Source: Candidatus Acidiferrales bacterium
Lineage (GTDB): Bacteria > Acidobacteriota > Terriglobia > Acidiferrales > UBA7541
Direction: 5' to 3'
NCBI GenBank assembly: GCA_035933575.1
Contig: DASYYR010000071.1
Span: forward strand, 6,994-70,993
Length of the DNA: 64,000 nucleotides
Shown: positions 63,608 through 64,000 of the stretch, in pieces
Layout: the number at the start of each line of letters is the position of its first letter
Position numbering within the stretch: position 1 is the first letter of the stretch
Translations under genes and position numbers: made by a program
Notes under the pieces: generated by a model
Databases searched by the model: none
Told to the model about the DNA's origin: nothing
Seen by the model: only the letters and a program-made list of their open reading frames with translations

Positions 63608-63684
63608 TAATTAGCAATGGTGGGGCTGGGGAGAGTCGAACTCCCGACACGCAGTTTAGGAAACTGCTGCTCTATCCGTCTGAG
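63608..63684 (-). tRNA. tRNA-Arg (anticodon CCT), CCA encoded
   Basis: A manual cloverleaf was built. Acceptor GGGGCTG/CAGCCCC, D arm GCTC-AGACGGATA-GAGC and anticodon arm GCAGT-TTCCTAA-ACTGC. Variable loop GTGTC, T arm GGGAG-TTCGACT-CTCCC, discriminator A then CCA. Confidence 0.9.
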
Positions 63685-63772
63685 CTACAGCCCCGCATGA
63701 AAACCGCAGCGCCCAATAGCTTAACACTGCGGCGTAGCTCTGTTGTAGCATAGAGAGCTAGCCGAGTTAACC

Positions 63773-64000
63773 ATGGACGCGCGCAAGAAAATCCGGCGAA
63801 AACTGCTCGCGGCGCACCGCTCCGCGCGAAGCTGGCGCATGGTCGCGAAGGCCCTCATCTCGACCAAGCATCCCCTGCTCGCGCACATCATTCCCATCCG
63901 GCGCTGCAATCTGGCGTGCGCGTATTGCAACGAATACGACGATTTCTCGAAGCCCGTCCCGCTCGACGAGATGCTCCGCCGCGTCGACCGCCTCGCTTCC
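63773..64000 (+). CDS. Radical SAM protein, 3' end cut by window edge
   Basis: [20 protein letters not shown]...[18 protein letters not shown] carries a CX3CX2C motif about 50 aa from the start. The ORF runs off the window. Confidence 0.65.
   Translation, partial: MDARKKIRRKLLAAHRSARSWRMVAKALISTKHPLLAHIIPIRRCNLACAYCNEYDDFSKPVPLDEMLRRVDRLAS

Noticed and set aside
63608-63684. tRNA-Arg considered as a possible genomic-island integration site bounding the polysaccharide/lasso region.
   Set aside because: No integrase, direct repeat of the tRNA 3' end, or mobility gene is visible in the window. The flanking genes (ABC-F, radical SAM, dinG, que) are housekeeping-like.

Overview
This is a gene-dense 64-kb chromosomal window with about 56 CDS and one tRNA. 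I saw no transposase, integrase, prophage or CRISPR signal. Positions 1-45.3 kb form one very large surface-polysaccharide (EPS/O-antigen-like) locus. It holds nucleotide-sugar enzymes (Ugd, UDP-GlcA decarboxylase, three other SDR epimerase/dehydratases, three DegT aminotransferases here and a fourth at 52.5 kb) and a WecA-like initiating transferase. It also holds about 11 GT4/GT2 glycosyltransferases, two or three GT-C membrane transferases and two NodU-type carbamoyltransferases. Further members are an AsnB amidotransferase, three methyltransferases and a WbqC-family protein. Two export routes are present: Wzm/Wzt ABC, and Wza/Wzc plus two Wzy_C/O-antigen-ligase-like proteins. The main finding is a complete lasso-peptide (RiPP) gene cluster at 45.4-51.4 kb, directly upstream of and co-directional with the Wza/Wzc operon. 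It encodes a PqqD-type RRE, a B2 peptidase and an Asn-synthetase-like cyclase. Two tandem 43-aa precursor ORFs follow, both too short to appear in the supplied ORF track, then an HPr-kinase-like gene and a divergent split ABC exporter. The right end carries a GT2/DegT divergent pair separated by a perfect 17-bp inverted repeat and a 908-aa PilZ-plus-coiled-coil protein. Beyond these lie a TPR lipoprotein-like protein, a dinG-queD-orf-queE-queC operon, an ABC-F ATPase, tRNA-Arg(CCT) and the start of a radical-SAM gene. Gene content is reminiscent of Acidobacteriota, but that is inference only. All family calls rest on motifs read by eye, with no database search run.
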